Assembly: GCA_032718475.1 (NCBI GenBank)
Contig: JAUCBJ010003476.1
Coordinates: 1-64,000 of the forward strand
Source of the DNA: Nemertoderma westbladi
Taxonomy: Eukaryota > Animalia > Xenacoelomorpha
Length of the DNA: 64,000 nucleotides
Direction: 5' to 3'
Position numbers and translations under genes: made by a program. Below are positions 40,201 through 53,800 of the stretch, piece after piece. The notes below the pieces were generated by a model. It was not told where the DNA came from. It did no database searches and worked only from the letters and a program-made list of their open reading frames with translations. The first letter of the stretch is position 1, and every line of letters begins with the position of its first letter.

Positions 40201-43200
40201 AATTCCTACGATAAGGCCCTATCGGTAGAAGAAGAAAGAGCCAAGCAGATCCAGGAGACAACTATACGTTTTCTTAAAGATCAAGGTAGATATGAAATCG
40301 GTCTACCATTCCGAAAGCGAGAACCAAAATTCATAAACAACCGACCCTTGGCGGAGAAAAGAATTGCGCAACTACATCGACGCCTTACGGCAAATGCTTC
40401 AGCTAAAGAAATGTACCAGACTCAGTTGAAGAAATTTATTAACAAGGGATATGCGGAGCGAGTACCGGAAGAAACACCCATAACTGAGAGAATGTACTAT
40501 CTAACACATCATTACATTCCCAAACCCGGTAAACCCAATGAAGTTCGGGTAGTATTTGATGGCTCCGCCCTCTACATGGGCCAATCCCTTAATTCCGAGT
40601 TGTTAACAGGACCCAACTTACTCCAATCCTTGTTGGGAATACTCCTAAGATTATGACAATATTCAATCGCTTTCGCCTCCGATATAGAAGGCATGTTCTT
40701 ACAAGTCAAGGCGCTGGATAGGGATCGAGATAGCCTACGATTTCTGTGGTGGCCGGAAGGAGACCTCAACCAGAAACCGGTGGACTATTGGATGACCATC
40801 CAGGCTTTTGGGATCATCTCAAGCCCTTCAAACGCCTGCTCAGTGGTGCGCACCACTGCTGATGACAACCGGGGGGACGCCTTCTCTAAAGAGGTGATCA
40901 ACAACATCAAACGGGATATATACATGGACGACAATTTAAAGTCCCTTCCATCGGTGGAAGAAGCCATTGATGTCGCCATAGGAACTGTAGAGTGCTTAAA
41001 AAGAGGTGGATTTCGATTAACTAAATTCACCAGCAACTCCCGTGAGTTTCTGGAATCGATTCCGGTAGAAGATCGAGGAGTGAAAGATCTAGACCTAATC
41101 AAAGACGATCTTCCAGAGAAACCAAAACACTTGGTTTGAAATGGGACACAGAGAGAGATATCCTGTTTTTCCAGCTCAAACAGCGAGATAATCCAGTTCG
41201 GACTAAACGGATTTGTTTAAGTATCCTGAGCACTTATTTCGATCCATTGGGATTTATTAGCCCAGTTATATTGATTGCTCGGAGTTTAGTACAACAAATG
41301 TGGCTTGAAAACCACTCATGGGACGATCCACTTAAGGGAGAACTATTAAAGAAGTGGATGAAATGGGAAGATTCTCTACCAACCATCGAGAACTTTATAA
41401 TTTCCCGTTCATATTTTGGTCATGTTCTCCCTACGTATTCCTATCAACTCCATGTGTTTGGAGACGCCAGCGATATGGGAATAGGTATAGTAGCCTACCT
41501 GAGAGTGGAAACTCCGGATGGAATCAAAGTCGCCTTGGTTACCTCTAAGGCATTGATAAACAACAAGTTGAAAGTTCCTCGAGCGGAGTTAAAAGCGGCT
41601 CTATACGCTACAGCCATCGGCCGGAATGTAACAGAACAGATCGAATATCCACTGGAGAAAACTGTCTATTGGACCGATGCTTTACTCGTGTTGGAGTATA
41701 TAACCAATGAAGTCTGTCAGTTCAACGTCTTCGTTACCAACAGAGTAGCCATTATACTTAGTCGCACGAAGATGGATCAATGGAGACATTGCCCCGGAAC
41801 GATTAATCCAGCAGACATCGCCTCCAGGGGAGCAACTCCACAAGAACTGATAGATACTCCAGACTGGTTAGGTGGACCCGACTTCCTAAGCAAAGAAGAG
41901 GATGAATGGCCTCCTCATCTTACTACGGCGGAGATTAGACAGGCCAAGGGAGCGGAGAAAGTCAAACCTAAAACTCGGGCGAGTAAATCGAAGTTATTTA
42001 AACCCGTGGTAGATCTGTCTGTACTACACGCTTCCGGAGACGACGCTTTGGATCCGAAACCCACAGCCACAAATAAGTCTGTTGTGGAAATCAGAGAGAA
42101 GGATTGGAAATCTGGAATACCAGACGTCTCGCAAGGACTCTCACCTCTCCTGCAGAGAGCGATATATCACTACAGTTCCTGGAATCGGTTCTGTAAGGCC
42201 GTTACATATTTAAAGCGATGTTTTCATCATCACTACTCCAGAACGAAGACCAATAGTGATACCGCTCCACTGACATCTGTGCAGGTCCATGTTGTTAAAG
42301 ATCTTCCCAAATATAAGATATCCGACAGGTTTCTGAAGGAGAAGATCAGTTACCAGGAGCATGAAGAAACCAATAAGCAGATGCTGAGACTCCTGCAATT
42401 CTATGAGGATTCCGATAAGTATTTCCTGTTGTTGAGAAATCCACAGATGCACTTAAGGGATCGTTTCTCTAGCACAATGATAGATGGGTTGATACGTGTT
42501 GGAGGAAGATTAACTAATGCTCCATTATCCTTTGACACTAAGTTTCCCATACTCATTAGAAATCTTGAAATACAAATCAAGATGATTGTAGATGTTCACA
42601 GCAAACTTTATCATGCTGGTAGAGAACGAGTTCTTAGCGAAATTCGAACTCGCTATTATTTTTATAAACCCCGTAGAGCTCTGAACCAAGTTCTTAGGAA
42701 CTGCATACCCTGTAGGAAAGCATTCAGTAGGCCTTTAACACAGCGAGAGGCAGAATTACCTAGGGAACGAGTAAGCTTCTATGAACCACCCTTTACTAAT
42801 ACCGGTGTAGATTTATTTGGCCCTATTGAAGTATATCGTGCTAGGACTATAGTCAAGAGATGGTGTGTCATCTTTGTTTGTATGACTTGTAGAGCTATCC
42901 ATCTCGATATGGTGAACGATTTATCTACCAACAGCTTCCTATTGAGCTTACGACGACAGATCGCTCGCTTTGGAACTAGTAACACGATGAGATCTGATAA
43001 GGGAACGAACTTCATTGGTGCCAACAATGAAATCAAAGCTTACGTCAAAGATTGGAACCAAAGACAGGTGGATGATCAGCTAAGGGTAACAGCGTCTAGC
43101 TGGACCTTCAACGCCGCCGACGCCCCTTGGTGGGGAGGAAGTTGGGAGAGATTAATCAGGAGCGTGAAGACCGCATTTCACTTTATAGTGCCGTGCCGTG

Positions 43201-43808
43201 CGTATCTCACCGACGAACTTTTGCGGACGTTAATGGAGGAAATCGCCGCCTATCTCAACGAGAGACCGCTTATGCCAGTCTCATCGAGTCCCGATTCCCT
43301 GGAAGCGCTAACACCCGCGCACTTCCTACTGAAGAAACCTGTAGCCATGCTCCCACGATCGGAAATCACAGACGGAGACGAATACTGCCGGCAAACTTGG
43401 CAACTTATGCAGTTGTTATCCCGTCGTTTCGCTGACCATTTCGAAAAACATTATCTGCCCACGCTACAACTTCGAACTAAGTGGTTTGCGCAGCAAGAAA
43501 ACGTCAGCGCCGGAGACATGGTCCTTATTGTGGATTCAGATCTTCCACGTAAGCGGTGGCAGACAGGTCTTATCATCGAGACTCACATCTCGGATGATGG
43601 TTTGGTGCGATCGGTAGAACTCGTCGTCATGCGACGTAACTTTAAGAAACCGGGAATTGTCTTCGAGACACAGCAGCTCAATCGCCCAGTTGGTCGTTTA
43701 TGTTTACTGGAAAGAGACAGAGAACTCTCCGGAAACTATGGAAGGCAAGATACTCTTCCCACGACCACCTCCCTAATCCAACAAACATCTAGGGACTCCC
43801 CAACGTAA
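37235..43808 (+). pseudogene. BEL/Pao gag-pol polyprotein, disrupted by several frameshifts and stops
   Basis: Coiled-coil N-terminus; gag core (KFNGDEMKWLSF, EKLRFLIECLEG); three Cys/His knuckles (CALCDGPH..C, CYNC..GH..C across a frameshift, CAKCGAKHHILLH); protease LLDSGS; RT (VRVVFDGS, YMDD); RNase H (FGDAS); integrase (H..H..CIPC, GVDLFGP, SDKGTNF, WERLIRSVK). Confidence 0.95.
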
Positions 43809-45444
43809 CAGCGTCTGGAGTGGGTGTGTGACTATATTATTTTATATTTACTTTTATTATTTTATATTTATGTATGTATTATTATGTAATTTTATTATAA
43901 TCGTTTTCTTTAATTTTATTTAGTAGAAGGTTATTTTAGCGATTATTTAGTAGATTAGTGCCATATATATTCGCGTTTATTATTTAATTACTTATATATT
44001 ATATATTTAGTGCGACGGCGAGATATAATTCTTTTTCTCTTTCCTTACTGTCCGTATTATATTATAAATACGTGACTACAGTAAGATGAAATATCCGTAC
44101 TTATTAAAGTACAATAAAGCTCCTACTATATTCAAGTATTATTGGTAAGTAGAGTATTAGGAATGCAAAATTCAGATCCTCGTGTCTCGGCTAAACCAAG
44201 CTCTGGGTAGACCTTGGAAACGACTTGCCTCTTCTCACTGACATTGCTTCTTGCGATATTGCTCTCATACCGTATATTAAATAATACATATAGTAGCGTG
44301 ATGTCCCTTTAACAGTAGCGTAAAACGCAAATAAATCTGTTAAACCCTTTGACCATCTCTAATTCTAGTCGATTAAGATATCGCAGCACCCACCGATATA
44401 CTTGAAAGACAAAATTCTAGAATCAGTGGTTAACGTCCCCAGACAAGTTCTGGAATAAACTGGTGCCCATCCTAAATATTAACTATTAATATTTATAAAA
44501 TCTGTCAAATTTTAGATCCTTTAAAATTCTAGTCTATTAAGATATCGTAGCACTTACCGATATTCTTAAAAAGACCAATTTCCTAGAATCAAGGATCCCA
44601 GTCCCCAGACATGTTCTGGAATAAAATTGTGTCTATTTAATATTAAATAATAAAATTTACGGGAATAAATTTAAATTCATCTTTTAATGAATTTGATAAA
44701 TTGTCATTTTTATACAATTTATAACATTCCCAAAATTCCATAAATTATTAGATCATGGGAGCGGAGATTCACCCTATTAAGTGTATTAGTGTGCGAGAAT
44801 CTCCAATATATAGTCAATAGCCGATAAAATTCATAAAATCATGTATAAAGGGGATATTGACAATTAAAGAATTACTATTAAATAGCATCCCAGATCTGTA
44901 TGCATGGGAATTACCCTAATTCTACCGCTAGCTTTCCATAATGTCACCATAGCAACAACCACACTAGAATTAGAAGTGAGTTAAAAGAACAATAGAAAGC
45001 TTGCCCCATTGAATAGCATAGGGAATAAATAGCACACTGCTAGTATCCAAGGATACATAATAATAACGTGGCATTCTGGAAGGCACTGACTAACGGACAA
45101 ATGGCCCGAATGTGTACAATTTGTGACAGTTGTGTGGAATTTGTGCGTTTATAGGTGAATGTTACTACTAAAGTGTGTTTACAGTAGCGAGTCGCAATTG
45201 TGAAAGTAGCCCTAACTCTGCCGTAAGAACCTGAAGTAAATCTAAGCCTTTGGGACGGACAGTGGAGTGACTTGTGCCGGTTATCGTTGTCGTTGTGTAG
45301 CTACTACGTTGGCGAAAAACACAGCGATGACGGTACATCGGCGCTGAGGATCTTGCACTGTCCGGGGGCAGAGAGGGGTAGGCAGCGACGCCCGCTAGCC
45401 TAAATATAAACTCATTATAATATTGATAAACTCATATAGCAGAT

Positions 45445-45843
45445 ATGACTGAGTTGATAGAAGATGATCTTGGTATCAGGGAGCGATATACTCTACCTTT
45501 ACAAGCGTTTGTTGATAGCTTGATACGCGGCGACGCTGGTCCAACTACTACGGAGGACGATGGTCGTTATATCGAAACGCCAATGTCCCAGGAGCAACTT
45601 ACGCGTGAATTGGACTATAGAAAATTCACCGCTCGCTATACATATCGTAATGGTACGTATATGGACTTCTTAACTACTGGCCATCCTATCGATTTACACG
45701 ATACGGACGATGTAGACACCGAAAGGAAAATGGTTTTATTTAAATATCATACCCAGCGGAGTCGGAACGATAAACCGAGAATAGAACACGAGAATTCTAT
45801 TCGAAACCGACTCGGGGGATGGAATGTGGAAGAAGGCTTGTAA
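45445..45843 (+). CDS. Unknown 132-aa ORF in the 3' region of the BEL/Pao element
   Basis: ATG-started ORF with protein-like acidic composition, preceded by TATAAA at ~45405. No recognisable domain. Confidence 0.4.
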   Translation: MTELIEDDLGIRERYTLPLQAFVDSLIRGDAGPTTTEDDGRYIETPMSQEQLTRELDYRKFTARYTYRNGTYMDFLTTGHPIDLHDTDDVDTERKMVLFKYHTQRSRNDKPRIEHENSIRNRLGGWNVEEGL

Positions 45844-46632
45844 AGACAAGTAGAGGAGAACCACTAGAGAAAAGACATACGTTAATGTCCAGGGTCCATA
45901 ATGTGAATAATTTTCCCCGGGGCACGGGTGCTCGCGGGCGGTCTCCTTCGGGAGGCTGTAATTTTCTCTTATTTCATCGTCTTCCTGTAATTATTGTGAT
46001 CAGTGTCACAATTAAAGAGCAAGAATGAATGGTGACATAACGGAAAACAAGTCCATCGTGGTATCTTACAGATACTACCATATATCCTTCCTCCTCCTTA
46101 CTACCATTATCCCTCTATACATCGCTATTGAAGATACAACATACTTCGTCCCTCCTTCTCTTCCCAACGCGCTCGGAGCTTTGGGAGACGATCGACCAAT
46201 CCTAGTGGTATCGTGGTATGGATCGTACCACCTACTACTAAACCTCCCCATCCCTTACTATTGATCTGGATGCTTATATTGGTGTCCGCACCTCCTGTCC
46301 ATGTCTCATTCTGTTGATATTTATAATGTCAACTTCCACCCTCTCGTTGTTGATTAGAAAATCAACCACCAATGATTTCCTTAAGTCCAGAACCGTGATA
46401 CAAGGACTGAAAGGACACACGGATAGTTTGTGAACAACTGGTACCATTATGTGTCATAAATCTGGTTGTTCACCTCCCTTAATAATTGGGGATAAATTCA
46501 TTTGGAGATAGTCATCGAATGATACAATCCTCCTACTGAGATCGTATTTCTGAATATTTCAGAATGCGACATAAGTTTTCCTCTGCTCTCTACCATCAAT
46601 TGTGGAAAACATATTAGGCATACAACAGGAAC

Positions 46633-47754
46633 ATGGAGAACATTCCATATCCTTTCGTCGATACTCAGCTGATTGCTCCCTCGGCAGAAGGCCGAGGTTT
46701 CTTCCACACTATGTATGCAAATACACCCAGCGGCATTACTAAAGTACATCGGACCTCCATCGGACATCTTGCCTTTCAAGAATACGGATGGAATTTCAAG
46801 GTTGGAAATCCTATCAACTACCAACAAGTATATGGAGATCATTATTCTCGATTATACTTTGACGGACCATTGACCGCACCTGGCGCTGTGTATAGCTTTA
46901 TGAGCGTTCCACTTCGTCCCTCCTTAGCTATATACACGATCTTTGAAAACGCCGCACTTGCCGGTTGGCTAGCCGATGTGTGCAGTCGTACCATACACGC
47001 CCATCCCTTAATACTTGGAACCAAACTCGCCAAGCTAGATGAACACAATAAATTCATCCGCTTCGAATGTTTCAGGCGCTTTCTGACTCCGTTCCGTAAC
47101 GTCGATAGTCAGTTCAAGGACTGCGCTCTGACCAAGCTCAGCCTAAGAGACTCAGCTGCTGAGAAGCTAGACAGCGCGGGATTCGCCATTTTCAAGGACG
47201 TTTGTATACAGAACTTACATTCATCTGTTATACAAAGACCTCGAATACCCACGGGTTATTCTGTCGTGGAAGTTCAGACAGTGGGTTCGCTTGCGGAGAC
47301 AGCCGCACATATCTCAGCTATGCAATTGGAGGACGAACCAATATGCTTAGAATCTGAGGAGATTCAGCCTACTCAGGAGGTTCATAGACGACCCTATGAA
47401 TATAGAGCCCGAGAACGCGAGTTAGAAAGAACCATCAAACCGATGAAATTTCTCACTACTCACGGTCTACCTACCGCTCTCGTGCAGACGACTCGTCAGG
47501 GACCAGTAAGAGCTGCTGTCTTGAAACGCGCTCTGAAGGTTGTTCGAGCTTGCTCCACTGAGGTTGATGTCGATCAACCGGGTACCTCGACCGGCGGATA
47601 CACTGACCGTAATCCTAAACCTTCTGATGCAATTGTATTGCACCCTTCACCTAGGAGTTATAGCCCTCCTAGTAAAGTGGCTCGCCCCAAAGAGAAAAGG
47701 ACTCTTGCTAGCCTCAAAAAACTGCGTAAACGCCATCCACGCAAGAAAGACTAA
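46633..47754 (+). CDS. Unknown 373-aa accessory protein of the BEL/Pao element
   Basis: Uninterrupted ATG ORF ending ~70 bp before the PPT. Globular-looking N-terminal half and a basic C-terminus (KKLRKRHPRKKD). No obvious signal peptide or transmembrane helix. Confidence 0.7.
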   Translation: MENIPYPFVDTQLIAPSAEGRGFFHTMYANTPSGITKVHRTSIGHLAFQEYGWNFKVGNPINYQQVYGDHYSRLYFDGPLTAPGAVYSFMSVPLRPSLAIYTIFENAALAGWLADVCSRTIHAHPLILGTKLAKLDEHNKFIRFECFRRFLTPFRNVDSQFKDCALTKLSLRDSAAEKLDSAGFAIFKDVCIQNLHSSVIQRPRIPTGYSVVEVQTVGSLAETAAHISAMQLEDEPICLESEEIQPTQEVHRRPYEYRARERELERTIKPMKFLTTHGLPTALVQTTRQGPVRAAVLKRALKVVRACSTEVDVDQPGTSTGGYTDRNPKPSDAIVLHPSPRSYSPPSKVARPKEKRTLASLKKLRKRHPRKKD

Positions 47755-47831
47755 CTGTTTAGAGTATTTTATATTTTAGAAACTGTGATTTTTTATATTT
47801 TATAGAATTAAATCCCATTTTCTGGGAGCGG

Positions 47832-49026
47832 TGTAAAGGCTTTTGCGGAATTAGCTGGTTATTTTCCCCGCAAAGTACTCTGTAGGTGTTTTAACGGACA
47901 TAAAAAGCCGTTTCCTTACTGTACCGGTGTTTTAGTGGACATAAAAAGCCATTTCTTCTGTATGTGTACTTTAGCGGACATAACTAGCGATTTTATGTCG
48001 CAATAAGCCAAAATCCTCTTGATACAGTGTAGTTACGATGACGACATCTATCAGCTGATATGTACACGTGTAACTTTTCCTTTGTTTCTTTGTTCGGTCA
48101 ACCAATCAGAGCGATTCTCATTTTATTTGTACAGAAGCCTCCGGGAAATCGCGCAATGCATTACGGTTTATGTTTACCTTTTTTCCTGATGCCAGAAGAC
48201 CGTCTGTGGAATTATTCTGTGTTTCAGGCTTTAGCCAAACATTAGTAGGCTTTGATCATAGAAACGTATAACTGTTATCACAATTCATATCAACTCAAAC
48301 CACAAACTGGCATACAGCCCATATCATACCATACATACCTTTCACCGCATTATTTTACTGCTATTTACTGTCGGTTATTAATTGTATAAGTTTGATGGAA
48401 TATTGTTATATTTGGATAATATCGATAAATAATCATAAAACCCCAATCTTCTTGATATACTGAAGGTAAGAGACCGGTTACATATAGCAATTGCGACTTA
48501 CATTCTATTGGTTTTGGAGTGAATCTAATGCTATTTCATAGGCACTACATGTGTCCGTTGCTGTTCTCTTTATATGTGACTAAAATCAGTGAAGGTCGGC
48601 AGATCGGTGTGCAGCATTGTGCAGTAGTGTGCATGAGTTTGATAGATAACAAAGCATCTCCTAAAGAATGCGCTTTATACGTGAATCAATAGCCATCCTG
48701 TTGTGCTTAGTGTAAGTCATAACTCTGTTTACATACTTAGAGCGCCACGTCCTAAAGGAACTGTTGATATTTCCCGAAGGTGAATAATATTGGTCAGAGA
48801 TTATATACTAGCGATCAATCGAATAATACAGTAGGCCTACATCGCAATAAGGTCAGAGCTTCCGAATCCAGTCTCCCGGGTATATCCAGCGGGTGAATGG
48901 TCGCGCATAGGCTGGCTTCGGCTAATGTAGTGTATCAAATACTTGTCATAGGCTAAAGTCGATTTATAACCTAAAAGACACCTAAATTTGGCAGGTTAAA
49001 CTGCTAAAGGTCTAAAAGCGCGAACA
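47832..49026 (+). repeat. 3' LTR (1195 bp, uninterrupted)
   Basis: TGTAAAGG...GCGCGAACA. Carries a single CACGTG at the site that is duplicated in the 5' LTR. Confidence 0.96.
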
Positions 49027-50846
49027 CCAGACTTCCGAGCTGGTGGAGGTCACCAGTTCGATCCAGTTTTTTTTTTATTAATATACGAAACCTCTGGAAT
49101 ATCATTCTCCCAAAATACAAATAATATAATTCTAACAGTTCCGTATAGCACTACATTTTTATAACATAAATCATTGTTACCATGGCAATATTGTAGAGTT
49201 CTAGAACAAAATATAAATAATATACTGCGAGTTATTGCATAAAATGGATATGAATTGCTCAATATTCCTAATTACAATAATAGTGAAGGTAAAGCTAATA
49301 GTTAATCATTCAGATCGCCGAAAGTTGACATAATAATATAACAAAAATTATACGTTCAGCCATTGTGTGAAAAAGACACCCTATTGAACGTTGGAGACCG
49401 TTGTATATTTATGTAAACCTCCCTCGCGCATACACCCCGGTCAAAACGTTGAAAAGTGCTACTTGTCATACAATATGTAAATAGTTAATAGTAAATCATG
49501 TAAAAAAATGATTTATTATTTATCTGATGTTACAAAAGGCGTCGGAATGGTTAGTTGCCAAGCTGCCATCACCAAACGTCGAGTCCTGGTGCCGGTCTCT
49601 GAATAATCCCGCCAATGTTTGGCCTGTGGCGTAACGTTTGGTTTGTCACACCCGGTAACGTTCTCTCTCAGCACATGCAGGCGTCATACCCCTTTTTTGC
49701 TTTATTATTGTAATCAGCCTTCCCAGCCACAAAAATCGATGACAAAAAGAAAAAAAAGAAATTTATATTTTGAAAAAAAAAGGAAGAAAAGGATAGGATG
49801 CAGTTCAAAAAACGGACTAAAAGTATAGGATAAGTTAAAAACAAAAGGAAAACTCAATTGTATTATCTTTAAAAAAAGGATAGCGCTGTTCATTCTTGAT
49901 TTAATTTCATTAACCTTATTTGAAGAATCCCATAAGAAACGTTACTGCTTTAAAAGACAGGAAGAGATCAAAGTAAGTTACAAATACAGTAGAAACACAG
50001 AAAGAGAACAACGCCAATAGCAATATAAGTATTATAAATCAACCAATCAATAAAATAAGAACAATTTAAAAAAACAATTACGAAATTTTCACCTTTTTTG
50101 CCTAGTTATCATAGATGGTTGAGCTCGGCCGATTGATGGTCATTGATAGAGGTTTATCAAATGCTTGTAAATAGAACTCTAGTTTGAAAGTGATATAAAA
50201 ACTTTGGAAAGGATTTCCGATCGTGGCTACATTTATATAAATAACAAAAATACATTTAGACGCAATCAAAATTCAACCATCTCCAGGGGAAAACGGATGC
50301 ATTTAACAGCTGGTTACGAGCAATCGAGCAAAAATGAAACTGTAACCGTATTATATGCTTTCTTTTATTGTTTTGGTTAGAATAGATGCCACTGTAACCT
50401 GTTCCTATCACTAAATTGAAAATCAACAATGTTAATGCACCAAGGCGGGTTTTGTGCCAATTATAATAATATCCCCCCTCAGAAAATAAATATATTAAAG
50501 CTCACAAAAAAAGGAAGTAGATGAAATAAAAATAAAAATGAAAACAAAATCAAACGGATATAATTAGTTAATTAATTAGTTATAATTTACCCGCCCGGTT
50601 TACATTTCTATCTGTATTGATGTTACATAGTACGTAATTGTTATGTTGGGTATGATATATTGGTAACGGTAAATTTTGTTGTTGACTATTTTGTTTGTTT
50701 GACTTATGGAAATTATACGTTGCTTCAGGCGTATCTAACTATAACTATTTCTGAAATATTTTATACAAATATTGTATCTATAGCTGTACTTTGGTGTAAA
50801 GATAATATTCTTAGTCAGACGAGTCTAGAAGAATTATAAGAATAAT

Positions 50847-53800
50847 TCTTCGAGTTAGCTCACTCCTCCAGCTCACTCTTCGAGCCAGCTCACTCCTCAA
50901 GCTCACTCTTCGAGCCAGCTCACTCCTCAAGCTCACTCTTCGAGCCAACTCACTCCTCAAGATCACTCTTCGAGCCAGCTCACTCCTCAAGCTCACTCTT
51001 CGAGCCAGCGCACTCCTCAAGCTCACTCCCCAAGCACACTCTTCGAACCAGCTCACTCCTCACGCTCACTCTTCGAGCCAGCTCACTCCCCAAGCTCACT
51101 CTTCGAGCCAGCACAATCCTCTCGCTCACTCTTCGAACAAACTCACTCATCAAGCTCACTCGTCGAGCAAGCTCACTCCTAAAGCTCACTCTTTGAGCCA
51201 GCTCACTCCTCAAGCTCACTTTTCGAGCCAGCTCACTCCTCACGCTCACTCTTCGAGCCAGCTCACTCATCAAGCTCACTCTTCGAGTCAGCTCACTCCT
51301 CAAGCTCGCTCTTTGAGCCAACTCACTCCTCACGCTCACTCTTCGTGCCAGCTCACTCCTCAAGCTCAATCGTCGAGTCAGTTCACTCCTCAAGCTCACT
51401 CTTCGAGCCAGCTCACTCACCAAGCTCACTCTTCGAGCCAACTCACTCCTCAAGGTCACTCGTCGAGCCAGCTCACTCCTCACGCTTATTCTTCGAGCCA
51501 GCTCCCTCCCCAAGCTCACTCTTCGAGTCAGCTCACTCCTCAAGCTCACTCTTCTAGCCAGCTCACTCCTCACGCTCACTCTTCGAGCCAGCTCACTCGT
51601 CGAGCCAGATCACTCATCAAGCTTGCTCTTCGAGTCAGCTCGCTCCTCAAGCTCACTCTTCGAGCCAGCTCACTCCTCAAGCTCACTCTTCGAGCCAGCT
51701 CACTCCCCAAGCTAACACTTCGAGCCAGCTCAATCCTCAAGCTCACTCTTCGAGCCAGCTCACTCCTCAAGCTCACTCTTCGAGCCAGCTCACTCCTCAC
51801 GCTCACTCTTCGAGCCAGCTCACTCCTCACGCTCACTCTTCGAGCCAGCACAATCCTCTCGCTCACTCTTCGAGCCAACTCACTCCTCAAGCTCACTCGT
51901 CGAGCCAGCTCACTCCTAAAGCTCACTCTTTGAGCCAGCTCAATCCTCAAGCTCACTCTTCGAGCCAGTTCACTCCTCAATCTCACTCTTCGAGCCAGAT
52001 CACTCGTCGAGCCAGCTCACTCCTCACGCTCAATCTTCGAGCCAGCTCACTCTTCGAGTCAGCTCACTCCTCAAGCTCGCTCTTTGAGCCAACTCACTCC
52101 TCACGCTCACTCTTCGTGCCAGCTCACTCCTCAAGCTCAATCGTCGAGTCAGTTCACTCCTCAAGCTCACTCTTCGAGCCAGCTCACTCACCAAGCTCAC
52201 TCTTCGAGCCAACTCACTCCTCAAGGTCACTCGTCGAGCCAGCTCACTCCTCACGCTTATTCTTCGAGCCAGCTCCCTCCCCAAGCTCACTCTTCGAGTC
52301 AGCTCACTCCTCAAGCTCACTCTTCTAGCCAGCTCACTCCTCACGCTCACTCTTCGAGCCAGCTCACTCGTCGAGCCAGCTCACTCATCAAGCTTACTCT
52401 TCGAGTCAGCTCGCTTCTCAAGCTCACTCTTCGAGCCAGCTCACTCCTCAAGCTCACTCTTCGAGCCAGCTCACTCCCCAAGCTAACACTTCGAGCCAGC
52501 TCAATCCTCAAGCTCACTCTTCGAGCTAGCTCACTCTTCAAGCTCACTCTTCGAGCCAGCTCACTCCTCACGCTCACTCTTCGAACCAGCTCACTCCTCA
52601 CGCTCACTCTTCGAGCCAGCACAATCATCTCGCTCACTCTTCGAGCCAACTCACTCCTCAAGCTCACTCGTAGAGCCAGCTCACTCCTAAAGCTCACTCT
52701 TTGAGCCAGCTCACTCCTCAAGCTCACTCTTCGAGCCAGTTCACTCCTCAATCTCACTCTTCGAGCCAGCTCACTCCTCACGCTCACTCTTCGAGCCGGC
52801 TCTCTCCTCACGCTCACTCTTCGAGCCAACTCACTCCTCACGCTCACTCTTCGTGCCAGCTCACTCCTCAAGCTCAATCGTCGAGTCAGTTCACTCCTCA
52901 AGCTCACTCTTCGAGCCAGCTCACTCACCAAGCTCACTCTTCGAGCCAACTCACTCCTCAAGGTCACTCGTCGAGCCAGCTCACTCCTCACGCTTATTCT
53001 TCGAGCCAGCTCCCTCCCCAAGCTCACTCTTCGAGTCAGCTCACTCCTCAAGCTCACTCTTCTAGCCAGCTCACTCCTCACGCTCACTCTTCGAGCCAGC
53101 TCACTCGTCGAGCCAGATCACTCATCAAGCTTGCTCTTCGAGTCAGCTCGCTCCTCAAGCTCACTCTTCGAGCCAGCTCACTCCTCAAGCTCACTCTTCG
53201 AGCCAGCTCACTCCCCAAGCTAACACTTCGAGCCAGCTCAATCCTCAAGCTCACTCTTCGAGCCAGCTCACTCCTCAAGCTCACTCTTCGAGCCAGCTCA
53301 CTCCTCACGCTCACTCTTCGAGCCAGCTCACTCCTCACGCTCACTCTTCGAGCCAGCACAATCCTCTCGCTCACTCTTCGAGCCAACTCACTCCTCAAGC
53401 TCACTCGTCGAGCCAGCTCACTCCTAAAGCTCACTCTTTGAGCCAGCTCAATCCTCAAGCTCACTCTTCGAGCCAGTTCACTCCTCAATCTCACTCTTCG
53501 AGCCAGATCACTCGTCGAGCCAGCTCACTCCTCACGCTCAATCTTCGAGCCAGCTCACTCTTCGAGTCAGCTCACTCCTCAAGCTCGCTCTTTGAGCCAA
53601 CTCACTCCTCACGCTCACTCTTCGTGCCAGCTCACTCCTCAAGCTCAATCGTCGAGTCAGTTCACTCCTCAAGCTCACTCTTCGAGCCAGCTCACTCACC
53701 AAGCTCACTCTTCGAGCCAACTCACTCCTCAAGGTCACTCGTCGAGCCAGCTCACTCCTCACGCTTATTCTTCGAGCCAGCTCCCTCCCCAAGCTCACTC

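Larger units (their letters stand above)
29893..49026 (+). mobile_element. Full-length BEL/Pao LTR retrotransposon (~14.6 kb without the nested insertion)
   Basis: TG..CA LTRs; 5-bp TSD CCAGA at 29888-29892 and 49027-49031. Domain order gag-PR-RT-RH-IN with BEL/Pao signatures. PPT-like GGGAGCGG at 47824-47831. Confidence 0.96.

Noticed and set aside
45900-46842. Antisense coding-like stretch in the BEL 3' region
   Set aside because: Interrupted by stops, partly overlaps the 373-aa ORF, and has no recognisable motif.
46633-47754. Env or DEDDh exonuclease identity for the 373-aa ORF
   Set aside because: No signal peptide or TM helix for env; the ITKVH resemblance to DnaQ-type nucleases lacks a convincing acidic motif I.
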